Shown here one piece after another: positions 17,635 through 26,247 of a stretch of DNA of 64,000 nucleotides (its first letter is position 1; every line of letters begins with the position of its first letter). A model generated the notes under the pieces. That model worked only from the letters and a program-made list of their open reading frames with translations, searched no databases and was not told the DNA's origin. The position numbers and the translations under genes were made by a program. Location of the stretch: the NCBI GenBank assembly GCA_937901025.1, contig CALCGR010000151.1, positions 2,714 through 66,713 on the forward strand, written 5' to 3'. Source of the DNA: an uncultured Bacteroidales bacterium. GTDB lineage: Bacteria > Bacteroidota > Bacteroidia > Bacteroidales > Paludibacteraceae.

Positions 17635-17666
17635 TTTGCGTATATGAAAAAAATGTTGTAATTTTG
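17635..17666 (+). promoter_or_regulatory. Promoter P6 for the hipB-hipS-hipT module
   Basis: TTTG 17635-17638, 20 nt, TAATTTTG 17659-17666. Cassette aaatttgcgtatatgaaaaaaatgttgtaattttgcag. Confidence 0.7.
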
Positions 17667-17676
17667 CAGCCGAAAT

Positions 17677-17775
17677 TATATACGAACGGATATAAATAGG
17701 CAAAATACCTATTATTTATATACGAACTAATATAATATATGTAATATCAACCTTTTTTATATGCAAACGGATATA
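17677..17775 (+). promoter_or_regulatory. Three 18-bp operator-like repeats between promoter and hipB start
   Basis: tatatacgaacggatata (17677-17694), tatatacgaactaatata (17717-17734) and tatatgcaaacggatata (17758-17775), spaced 40-41 nt. Each is an imperfect palindrome TATAT-N8-ATATA. The third overlaps the ATG. Confidence 0.55.
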
Positions 17776-17967
17776 GCAACTACAGTAAAAGCATTGCGTA
17801 AGACCTACGGGCTTACTCAAGAGGATTTGGCGATGAAGTCCGGAGTAGGGCTTTGTTTTATTCGCAGTTTGGAACAAGGGAAACACACACTCCGTATGGA
17901 CAAGGTTACGCAGTTGTTGGATTATTTCAACTATTCGCTAACTGCCGTTCCTAATGCGGTGAATTAA
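17761..17967 (+). CDS. hipB: XRE/HipB-like helix-turn-helix protein
   Basis: ALRKTYGLTQEDLAMKSGVGLCFIRSLEQGK is a classic Cro/C1 HTH. First gene of the three-gene module. Confidence 0.8.
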   Translation: MQTDIATTVKALRKTYGLTQEDLAMKSGVGLCFIRSLEQGKHTLRMDKVTQLLDYFNYSLTAVPNAVN

Positions 17968-17980
17968 GTAGTATATCGAT

Positions 17981-18316
17981 ATGAGAGAAGCCGTTGTTTA
18001 TTATGAAGATGTTCCTGCGGGTGTATTAACTGAGGTGGAAGAGGATGAAATGTACCGTTTTCAGTACTTTGATTCCTATTTGTCGCATCCGGAGGCGTGT
18101 CCGATAAGTTTAACATTTCCTCTTCGTAAGGAGCCTTACGAAAAAGAGGTTCTTTTTCCTTTCTTTGATGGGTTGATTCCGGAAGGCTGGTTGTTGGATG
18201 TGGCATTACGTACCCGAGACATCAGTGTTTTGGACAGGATGTCTTTGCTATTGCTTTGCTGTAAGGATTGTATAGGAGCTGTTAGTGTTAGAGAAAAGGA
18301 GGTCGAGGATGTGTAA
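17981..18316 (+). CDS. hipS: HipA N-terminal-subdomain protein (HipS-like)
   Basis: 111 aa. ..YRFQY.., LFPFFDGLIPEGWLL and CKDCIGAVSV match the HipA N-terminal coupling domain. Stop overlaps the next start (ATGTGTAA). Confidence 0.75.
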   Translation: MREAVVYYEDVPAGVLTEVEEDEMYRFQYFDSYLSHPEACPISLTFPLRKEPYEKEVLFPFFDGLIPEGWLLDVALRTRDISVLDRMSLLLLCCKDCIGAVSVREKEVEDV

Positions 18317-19238
18317 GTGTTTGTATTGTTATCAGCCTTTGGCAGCCGGAGAACGGGATTTTCACGCTTCTTGTGCCCGTCGTTTCTTTGGGCTGACAAC
18401 GCCGCCGATGCTGGAATATTCGCGTGATAATTTAGATGAGCTGGCATCTCACATTATAGCTCAACGAACAACATTGACAGGAGTTCAACCTAAGTTGTCA
18501 CTCTATATGCAGCAAGCAGAAGGGTTGCAGCGTCTAACTATTGTCGGTTTATGGGGAGAATATATCCTTAAACCGCAGTCGGATACTTACCCTGAGTTAC
18601 CTGAAATAGAAGATTTAACGATGCATTTAGCGCAACTATGCAAGATTGATATTGTACCTCATACGTTGATACGTATGGCGGATGGCTCGTTGTGTTATTT
18701 GACACGCAGGATAGACCGGACAAAAGATGGCAGCAAAATTGCGATGGAAGACCTTTGTCAACTGACGAATCGCTTGACAGAGCATAAATATAAATGTTCT
18801 TATGAGGTGGTTGGGGAGACGATTTTGCGCTATTCGTCAGTGCCTAAGATGGATGTTGTCAATTTTTTAGATATATTGTTATTCTGCTATTTAACGGGGA
18901 ATAACGATATGCACCTTAAGAATTTTTCGCTTTACCAACCTCAAAAAGGAAAGGTGCGCCTTACACCGGCGTACGACCTTATCAATGCCGCTATTGTATA
19001 TCCTACGGAGGATGAGTTAGCTCTGAAACTTAATAATAAGCGGCGAAATATTGGTCGAGATGACTTCCTTGCTCTTGCAGAAACTTTACATATAGAATCT
19101 AAAACGGTAGATAAACTTATACAGAAATATCAAAAGTGTTGGCCGCAAGTGCAACAACTGGTGCGTTCGTCCTTTGTGTCCGAGTCGTTACAAACGTACT
19201 ATCTTCAACTCTACCAAACGCGCTTGCAAGCATTGTAA
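18309..19238 (+). CDS. hipT: HipA-family Ser/Thr kinase toxin lacking the N-subdomain (HipT-like), with N-terminal Cys/His motif
   Basis: LTGVQPKLSL (P-loop region), GNNDMHLKNFSL (catalytic loop), TPAYDL. N-terminus MCKCLYCYQPL..FHASCARRFFG. Start taken at ATG 18309, not the upstream TTG at 18285. Confidence 0.8.
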   Translation: MCKCLYCYQPLAAGERDFHASCARRFFGLTTPPMLEYSRDNLDELASHIIAQRTTLTGVQPKLSLYMQQAEGLQRLTIVGLWGEYILKPQSDTYPELPEIEDLTMHLAQLCKIDIVPHTLIRMADGSLCYLTRRIDRTKDGSKIAMEDLCQLTNRLTEHKYKCSYEVVGETILRYSSVPKMDVVNFLDILLFCYLTGNNDMHLKNFSLYQPQKGKVRLTPAYDLINAAIVYPTEDELALKLNNKRRNIGRDDFLALAETLHIESKTVDKLIQKYQKCWPQVQQLVRSSFVSESLQTYYLQLYQTRLQAL

Positions 19239-19277
19239 CTCTTTTTTAGACAAATATGCAAAAAAATATCAAAATTA

Positions 19278-19309
19278 TTTGCACATTTGCAAAAATTGTT
19301 GTATCTTTG
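19278..19309 (+). promoter_or_regulatory. Promoter P7 upstream of the CotH-family gene
   Basis: TTTG 19278-19281, 20 nt, TATCTTTG 19302-19309. Leaves a leader of about 220 nt before the ATG at 19536. Confidence 0.6.
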
Positions 19310-19412
19310 CACAAAATTTGACTTACATTGTAAGGACAACTAATCATCAGACCTTAGAAATCTAGTCCATTAATAAGAGTATGCGATGATTGTTAGCTGT
19401 TCACTCCGTTAT

Positions 19413-19486
19413 GGGTGTGGATGGCTATTTTCGTATACTCGGGCTGACTAGAGCCTCTAAGGAGAATAGCTACTGCACCCATTTTT
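19413..19486 (+). other. Long imperfect hairpin plus U-tract in the leader (candidate attenuator or sRNA 3' end)
   Basis: gggtg (19413-17) pairs with caccc (19476-80). gctattttc (19424-32) pairs with ggagaatagc (19461-70). Followed by attttt (19481-86). Confidence 0.3.
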
Positions 19487-19535
19487 AATCAAAGATGTCT
19501 CCGCTTATGCGGTATGACGATAGGGATTAAAAACC

Positions 19536-21836
19536 ATGAAACACAGTTTAGCAGTAGTACTATTTTGCGCATTGTCGTGCGCGGTGTTCAGTGAAGTTAG
19601 AATCACTGAGATCATGCAATCGAATATCGATGGCATTGTAGATGACAGTAACGAGTTTCCCGATTCTTGGGTAGAGCTCTACAACGACGGTGACGAAGCC
19701 GTCAATCTAAAAGACTACCAATTAGGTGATGGTCCTAAAGCGAAGAAAGCGTGCAATTTACCTAACTATTCCCTTGCCGGTCACAAATACGCGATTATCT
19801 ATTGCGATAAGGACGAGGACAAAGGTGCATGGCATATGTCCTTCCGTCTAGAGAGCGGTAAGGATGGTATCGTGTATCTATTCAAAAACAAAGAACCCAT
19901 CGACTCGCTCGTTGAGATTCCGAAGATGCCCGCACCTAATATATCTTACGGGCGCGCGCACGAAAACGACAAGGTGGGTTTCTTCCGTCATGCTACGCCC
20001 TACGCTACCAACGAGGACAAGGTGTATAAGAAGGATAAGATTCTGCCCGATCCGGTCTTTAGTACCCCCGGACAAGTATATACGAAAGAAGGTTATCACT
20101 CCATCAAAATCAGTGTCCCCGAAGATGCTCCGGTAGGCACTTATTTGAAGTTTACCACCAACGGCAGTATGCCTGCGGAAGAAAACGGTACGCGAGTGGA
20201 GGAATCGACCTTTCTCAATATCAATAAATCCACAGTCGTTCGGGCACGGTTGTTTCACGAGGACTACCTCAGCCCAATGGCGTGTACGGAGTCGTACCTG
20301 TTCTTAGGACACGAAACGGATATGCCGATTATCTCCTTGGTGGGTGACGAAAAATACTGGTATGACGATAAGTTCGGTATCTTAGTCGAGGGCAGTTATG
20401 TCGATTGGCAAGAGAACTTTAAGTTCGATTGGCGTCGCCCTGTGGCTCTTGAGTTCTTTGAAGGAACGAAACAAGAAGCGGTGCTGCACCAATTATGCGA
20501 GACGCGCGTACACGGTAATGCTTCCCGTGGGTTCGGACTGAAGTCGATGGCGGTATATGCCAATAAGCGTTTTGGTGAGAAAAGGCTCGAGTATGAGTTC
20601 TTTCCCGACCAAAAACCGGGATTGACGAATTTTAAATCGATCATTTTGCATAATGCCGGAAACGATTTCGATTATCTTTATTTTCGCGATGCGTTCATGC
20701 AAAAGAGCATGGCTCTCTATCAAGATATGGATTGGATGGCTTCCCGTGCAACGATTGTGTTCATCAATGGTCAATATAAGGGCATCCTTACCATCCGTGA
20801 GCGCAGTAATGAGGATCATATCTTCTCTAACTACAACGAGTTGGAGGATATCACGATGATTGAGAACTGGGGTGAACTCAAAGTCGGCGATTGGAATCAA
20901 TGGGCGGAATTGAAGGGTTTTATGGGAACAAGCGGACATAGTTATGCCGAGTACGAAAAGATGATTGATGTAGCGGAGTTTATTAATTACGAGATCGTGG
21001 AGATGTTCTATGGCAATGTCGATTGGCCGGGAAATAACATCGTTTGGTGGCGTCCGTTGAATGCAGAGACAGGTTATAAGCCCGTTTGGCGATTGCTGGC
21101 TAAAGACATGGACTATGGTTTTGGTATTTACGATATGTCGGCGGATTACAATATGTTTGAGTTTCTCTATAACCCTGACTACGATAAAGAACATAACTGG
21201 GCGAATCGGCCGGAGCATACGGCTTTCTTCCGCTATGCCATGGAGGACGAGACCTATCGGGAGGAGTATATCAATAGGGCTTTGGTTTATCTGGGGGATT
21301 TCCTGCAATATGACCGCTTGGTGCCGATGTTGGACGCAATGGTGAATGCTATTCAGCCGGAATATACCAAATACCATCGGCCGATGTATAACCAATGGTG
21401 GCCCAATTATACGGACGAATATCGCAAGGCCATTACCTGGTTACGTCAGCGGCCTGCCGCTTTTGTCAAACACATGGGTAGTCGTTATGGTCAAGGGAAG
21501 GCGGAACGGATCACTTTGACGTTTGAGGACGCGGAGAATGCAACGGTGACGATCAACGGCATCGAACTCAGCCAAGCTCAATGGGATGGTTATTGGTTTG
21601 TTGGTAGGGAAATGAACCTGCATGTTTCTTGGGCTGACGGAACGCAAAAACAGGTGCGGATTGAAACGAGCTCATTGCCGCTGACAAAGTATGTCGATAA
21701 GTCTGAAACAGACCTCGAAAAAGTGCACGATATAGGGTGCTCCATAAAGAGTCAAAATCGGAAGATTTGGAGCGAAAATGGGGTGAAAATGGTGGTAAAC
21801 GGCAAAGCAATAAATGTCCTCGGACAACAATTATGA
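19536..21836 (+). CDS. CotH kinase-family protein with N-terminal lamin-tail-like domain, secreted
   Basis: Signal peptide. RITEIMQSN..DSWVELYNDGDEAVNLKDYQLGD (LTD-like). Central HNAGNDFDYLYFRDAFMQ.. and NVDWPGNNIVWWR are typical of CotH family proteins. Confidence 0.7.
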   Translation: MKHSLAVVLFCALSCAVFSEVRITEIMQSNIDGIVDDSNEFPDSWVELYNDGDEAVNLKDYQLGDGPKAKKACNLPNYSLAGHKYAIIYCDKDEDKGAWHMSFRLESGKDGIVYLFKNKEPIDSLVEIPKMPAPNISYGRAHENDKVGFFRHATPYATNEDKVYKKDKILPDPVFSTPGQVYTKEGYHSIKISVPEDAPVGTYLKFTTNGSMPAEENGTRVEESTFLNINKSTVVRARLFHEDYLSPMACTESYLFLGHETDMPIISLVGDEKYWYDDKFGILVEGSYVDWQENFKFDWRRPVALEFFEGTKQEAVLHQLCETRVHGNASRGFGLKSMAVYANKRFGEKRLEYEFFPDQKPGLTNFKSIILHNAGNDFDYLYFRDAFMQKSMALYQDMDWMASRATIVFINGQYKGILTIRERSNEDHIFSNYNELEDITMIENWGELKVGDWNQWAELKGFMGTSGHSYAEYEKMIDVAEFINYEIVEMFYGNVDWPGNNIVWWRPLNAETGYKPVWRLLAKDMDYGFGIYDMSADYNMFEFLYNPDYDKEHNWANRPEHTAFFRYAMEDETYREEYINRALVYLGDFLQYDRLVPMLDAMVNAIQPEYTKYHRPMYNQWWPNYTDEYRKAITWLRQRPAAFVKHMGSRYGQGKAERITLTFEDAENATVTINGIELSQAQWDGYWFVGREMNLHVSWADGTQKQVRIETSSLPLTKYVDKSETDLEKVHDIGCSIKSQNRKIWSENGVKMVVNGKAINVLGQQL

Positions 21837-21856
21837 TACTATTTTAACTTATTGCC

Positions 21857-22735
21857 ATGGCACAGAATGTCTTATTAGAGATTGCTCCTCTGACGGAGAA
21901 GGATAGTTTATTTATTGTAGAACGGCATAAAAAAGAGTTCTCTTACCCTATCCATAAACACAACTGTTGCGAGTTGAATTTTATTCGTGGCGGCAAGGGT
22001 GTAGAGCGCGTCGTTGGGGACAGTATAGAGAAAATTGAGGACCTTGAATTGGTGCTTCTTACAAGCGATATTGAGCACTCTTGGCAACAAGGGGATTGCA
22101 GTGCGGAGGATATACAGGAAATAACCATTCAGTTTGAGTTGTCCTGTTTGCCGGAGGCATTGTTAAAAAAGAACCAGTTTGCCAGTATTGCCCAACTTGT
22201 TGAACGGGCAAAAAACGGAGTCGCTTTCTCGCAAACGGGTATTCTAACTATCTATTCGCTACTGATGTCCTTGCTTAAGGAAGAAGATTCTTTTCAGCAG
22301 ATGCTTATATTCTTTGAGTTGCTGCATCGATTATCGTTAGATAAGGATTGTAAGACACTATCCAGTGGTAGTTTTTCGCAAACGGGATCGCCCTCGGGTT
22401 CGCGTCGCGTACAAAAGATAAAAGACTATGTGCAGGCATACTATAAGGAGGACATAAAACTCTGTCAATTAGCGGATTTGATAGGGATGACAGAGGTCGG
22501 CTGCTCGCGATTCTTTAAGATGCGTACGGGTCGAACAATCAGTGAATATATCACGGAAGTGAGGCTCGGCCATGCCTCTCGTTTGCTGGTGGATACCACG
22601 CAGAGTATTGCCGAAGTGGCATACGATTGCGGGTTCAATAACCTAAGTAATTTCAATCGATTGTTCCATAAGGTAAGGCGCTTTACTCCTACGCAGTTTA
22701 GGAATACGTACCAAAAGAACAAGATTCTCTTGTAG
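21857..22735 (+). CDS. AraC-family transcriptional regulator (cupin-like sensor plus HTH)
   Basis: C-terminal ..LADLIGMTEVGCSRFFKMRTGRTISEYITEVRLGHASRLL..SIAEVAYDCGFNNLSNFNRLFHK. It sits directly upstream of susC. Confidence 0.85.
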   Translation: MAQNVLLEIAPLTEKDSLFIVERHKKEFSYPIHKHNCCELNFIRGGKGVERVVGDSIEKIEDLELVLLTSDIEHSWQQGDCSAEDIQEITIQFELSCLPEALLKKNQFASIAQLVERAKNGVAFSQTGILTIYSLLMSLLKEEDSFQQMLIFFELLHRLSLDKDCKTLSSGSFSQTGSPSGSRRVQKIKDYVQAYYKEDIKLCQLADLIGMTEVGCSRFFKMRTGRTISEYITEVRLGHASRLLVDTTQSIAEVAYDCGFNNLSNFNRLFHKVRRFTPTQFRNTYQKNKILL

Positions 22736-22827
22736 TTTTTTGCCCAAAATAGAATTGTAAACTCGACTTTGCAAAAATCGTATTATTATTTGTTAACAAA
22801 CTATTCGTTCACGTCGCAAAAAAGCAG

Positions 22828-22835
22828 TAATTTTG
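22828..22835 (+). promoter_or_regulatory. -7 box TAATTTTG upstream of susC
   Basis: gcagtaattttgcag matches the 3' half of the promoter cassette. No clear TTTG at -33. Confidence 0.45.
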
Positions 22836-22929
22836 CAGCGTGAAATCGACAATATATATTTGTGCAAGCAAATAGATATTAAAAACAACAATTAACCCTT
22901 TTTATTAACCCTTAAAATTTCATTACCAA

Positions 22930-25900
22930 ATGATGACAAAAAACAAACTTGTTACCCGTTTTGCAATGACAATGATGGCGCTTTTCGTATCGTCCGCTTT
23001 GTTTGCTCAGGTAACGGTCTCCGGTGTCGTTGTCGATGAGAACGAAGAACCGGTCATTGGCGCTAGCATTTTGGTTAAGGGAACGACATCCGGTACGGTT
23101 ACCGATTTTGATGGTAACTTCGAGATGAACGTTGCTGATGCTAATGCTACCCTGGTAGTTTCTTACGTGGGTTTGGAGACGCAAGAAGTTGCTCTTCGTA
23201 ACCGTAAGGTAGTTAATGTTAAGTTGGTTGCCAACACAGAAGTTCTGGACGAACTGGTAGTCGTAGGTTACGGCTCGATGAAGAAGTCCGACTTAAGTGG
23301 TGCAACCGTTTCCATGAAGGAGGAAGATTTGAAGAACCAAATCACGACTTCTCTGGACCAAGCCTTTGCCGGTAAAGCTGCCGGTGTGACGGCTGTTCAG
23401 ACCAGTGGTGCTCCGGGTTCGTCTTCGTCTATCCGCGTCCGCGGTCAAGGTACCGTCAATGCCGGTGCAGAGCCTCTGTACGTTATTGATGGTGTGATCG
23501 TTCAAGGTAGCGGTGCTTCCGCTTCGGGTTATGGTTTAGGCTCTCTGGGTAATGGTAAGGTTTCTACCATTTCTCCTATTGCCACTTTAAACCCGCAGGA
23601 TATCGTATCCATGGAAATCTTGAAAGACGCCTCTGCAACCGCTATTTATGGTGCGCAAGGTGCGAATGGTGTCATCCTTATTACCACCAAACACGGTAAA
23701 GAAGGTAAGGCACAATTCAGTTATGATGGTATGGTTGCTTGGAGTCAGCAGACCAAGCGCTTAGGTATGATGAACCTGCGCGAGTATGCTCAATACCAAT
23801 GTGACTTGGCTGATCAAGGTGAGATTGAGAGTCGTAGTATTTCTACGTACTATCGCAATCCTCAGTATTTAGGTGAAGGTACCAACTGGCAGGATGCTAT
23901 CTTCCAAACCGGTTTCCAACACCAACACCAAATTTCTGCACAAGGTGGTACAGAGAAGATACACTACTATTTGAGTGGTTCTTATATGAAACAAGACGGT
24001 ACTATTATTGGTTCGTCCTTTGATCGTTTCAGCGTACGTGCTAACATCGATGCCCAACTGACCAAATGGTTAAAACTGGGTTTGAATGCTACTTATGCCA
24101 CCACCAATGAAGACATTAAGTTGGCTGATGGTGAGCAAGGTATTATTTTCTATTCTTTGGCTGCCAACCCGGATCAACCTATTTATGATTTGGATGGTAA
24201 CTATTTCGTAGGCCGTAGCCGTGAAGGTTCGGGTGCTTCTGTTAACCCGATTGCTGAGGCTATGCTGAAGAGTAACACCTTGAAACGTCAAAAATTGATG
24301 GGTAACATCTTCTTGGAGATTCAACCCGTTAAGCAATTTACGTTCCGTTCTGACTTCGGTTTCGACGTATCGTCTGCAAAGGCTAATACGTTTGTTCCGA
24401 CGTATGACTTCGGTTATGTTAAACAAACGATCAACAGTATCTCTCAACAAAACAACAACAGTACTTATTGGCAGATTAAGAACTATGCTACTTATGCTGA
24501 CAATAAAGCCGGTCATAGTTGGAGTATCATGTTGGGTCAAGAGGCTTGGTTGAGCAAATGGGAGTATCTCCGTGGTGCTTCTTCGAACCTTCCTTCGGAT
24601 GATGTTCAGAACATTCAATTAGGTGATCCTACCACTTATAGTATTGGTCAAGGTTATGGTGCCACTTCCATGGTTTCCGCCTTTGCGCGCGCGACATATA
24701 ATTATGGTGAGCGTTACTATTTAACTTATACGTTCCGTTATGATGGTAGTTCCAACTTCGGTCCTAAGAACCGTTGGGCTCCGTTTAACTCTGTAGCCGT
24801 TTCTTGGCGTTTCTCGAACGAGAAGTTCTTTGAGCCTATCCGCGATGCTTGGTCGAACGGTAAACTCCGTTTCGGTTGGGGTCAAACGGGTAACGCTAAC
24901 ATCGGTGCTTTCGCATGGGGTGCCGGTATCAGCAGTATCTTCACCGGTGCAGGAACAGCTACCGGTAGTTCCGTTGGTTATCGTCCGAGTAACTTAGCTA
25001 ACCCGTATATCCACTGGGAGAAACAAGAGCAATTCAACGTAGGTCTCGACCTTGGTTTTGTTAATGACAAGATCATGTTGAATGCCGATTACTATTACAA
25101 GAAATCTAACGATATGTTGATGGACCTCCAATTGCCGTCCTATATGGGAACGAGCGGTAACGGTTCTTCTGCATTAGCTGCTCCTAAAGGTAACTACGGT
25201 ACGATTCTCAACCAAGGTGTTGAAATCAGTTTAGATATCAATCCGTTCCGCGGTAAGAAAGTGGAGTGGGAGAGCAATATCCAAGTATCCGTTAACCGCA
25301 ACAAACTCGTTGCTTTGGACGGAACCGCTAACGCATCGTTGGTTGGTAAAGGTCAATGGGATGATGTTGTTAGCCGCACCCTCGTAGGTGAGAGCTTATA
25401 CAACTTCTATGGCTATGAGGTAGAAGGTATCTATCAAGACCTTGAGGATATTATGAATAGCCCGAAGACGCTGACTCATCCTGCTGATGGTAACTTCGCC
25501 CGTGGTAATACGGTATGGCCCGGTGACTTGAAGTTTAAGGATGTCAATAATGATGGCGTTATCAATGAGCTTGATAAGACGAACATCGGTAGCCCGCTGC
25601 CTAAGTTCACCTTCGGTTGGACGAACACGTTGCGTTTCTTCGGTGTTGACTTGACCATCTTCTTGAATGGTTCGTATGGTAACCAAATCCTCAACTACAC
25701 GAAGATGGGTAGTGCTAACTCGAATACTTCTATTTCGAGTATGAAGTCTCAATGGACGAACCAACTTCGTGACGTGGTTGCAACCCGCGCTCAACTGGAG
25801 CCTATCAATCCTGATAAGGAATATCCGTTTGTTAACGCGTCCGGTGTACAAATTAACAACTGGTACGACGATGTTACCAACGTTCGCGTGAAGAATCCGG

Positions 25901-26229
25901 ACGCTAAGAACCCTCGTGCTTCTGTTAATGCTGACCCGAACGATAACGACCGTATTTCGAGCCGTTACGTTGAAGATGGTAGTTATCTGCGTATTAAGAA
26001 CGTTGTGTTAGGTTATACATTGCCTAAGAAAGTGCTCAAGAAAATGCACTTTGATAACTTCCGTATCTATTTGAATATCCAAAACTTGGCTACATTCACC
26101 AAGTATAGTGGATATGATCCTGAAGTCGGTGCTTCTGCACAAGATGCTACCGGTTTGTCCTTCGGCGTTGACTATGGACGTTATCCGTCCCCGACAACGT
26201 ATGCTCTTGGTTTAAACATCGCATTCTAA
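22930..26229 (+). CDS. susC: SusC/RagA-family TonB-dependent outer-membrane transporter
   Basis: Signal peptide. Carboxypeptidase-regulatory-like domain (VSGVVVDENEEPVIGASILVKGTTSGTVTDFDGNF). Plug region (VVVGYGSMKKSDLSGA). 1099 aa, ending ..LGLNIAF. Confidence 0.92.
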   Translation: MMTKNKLVTRFAMTMMALFVSSALFAQVTVSGVVVDENEEPVIGASILVKGTTSGTVTDFDGNFEMNVADANATLVVSYVGLETQEVALRNRKVVNVKLVANTEVLDELVVVGYGSMKKSDLSGATVSMKEEDLKNQITTSLDQAFAGKAAGVTAVQTSGAPGSSSSIRVRGQGTVNAGAEPLYVIDGVIVQGSGASASGYGLGSLGNGKVSTISPIATLNPQDIVSMEILKDASATAIYGAQGANGVILITTKHGKEGKAQFSYDGMVAWSQQTKRLGMMNLREYAQYQCDLADQGEIESRSISTYYRNPQYLGEGTNWQDAIFQTGFQHQHQISAQGGTEKIHYYLSGSYMKQDGTIIGSSFDRFSVRANIDAQLTKWLKLGLNATYATTNEDIKLADGEQGIIFYSLAANPDQPIYDLDGNYFVGRSREGSGASVNPIAEAMLKSNTLKRQKLMGNIFLEIQPVKQFTFRSDFGFDVSSAKANTFVPTYDFGYVKQTINSISQQNNNSTYWQIKNYATYADNKAGHSWSIMLGQEAWLSKWEYLRGASSNLPSDDVQNIQLGDPTTYSIGQGYGATSMVSAFARATYNYGERYYLTYTFRYDGSSNFGPKNRWAPFNSVAVSWRFSNEKFFEPIRDAWSNGKLRFGWGQTGNANIGAFAWGAGISSIFTGAGTATGSSVGYRPSNLANPYIHWEKQEQFNVGLDLGFVNDKIMLNADYYYKKSNDMLMDLQLPSYMGTSGNGSSALAAPKGNYGTILNQGVEISLDINPFRGKKVEWESNIQVSVNRNKLVALDGTANASLVGKGQWDDVVSRTLVGESLYNFYGYEVEGIYQDLEDIMNSPKTLTHPADGNFARGNTVWPGDLKFKDVNNDGVINELDKTNIGSPLPKFTFGWTNTLRFFGVDLTIFLNGSYGNQILNYTKMGSANSNTSISSMKSQWTNQLRDVVATRAQLEPINPDKEYPFVNASGVQINNWYDDVTNVRVKNPDAKNPRASVNADPNDNDRISSRYVEDGSYLRIKNVVLGYTLPKKVLKKMHFDNFRIYLNIQNLATFTKYSGYDPEVGASAQDATGLSFGVDYGRYPSPTTYALGLNIAF

Positions 26230-26247
26230 TAAAGAAAGGATAAGATT

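Noticed and set aside
20493-21395. 300-aa ORF on the minus strand
   Set aside because: It lies entirely antisense within the CotH-family gene, which has clear family motifs and a signal peptide. The composition is odd (H/I/R-rich) and no promoter is visible. I treat it as a shadow ORF.
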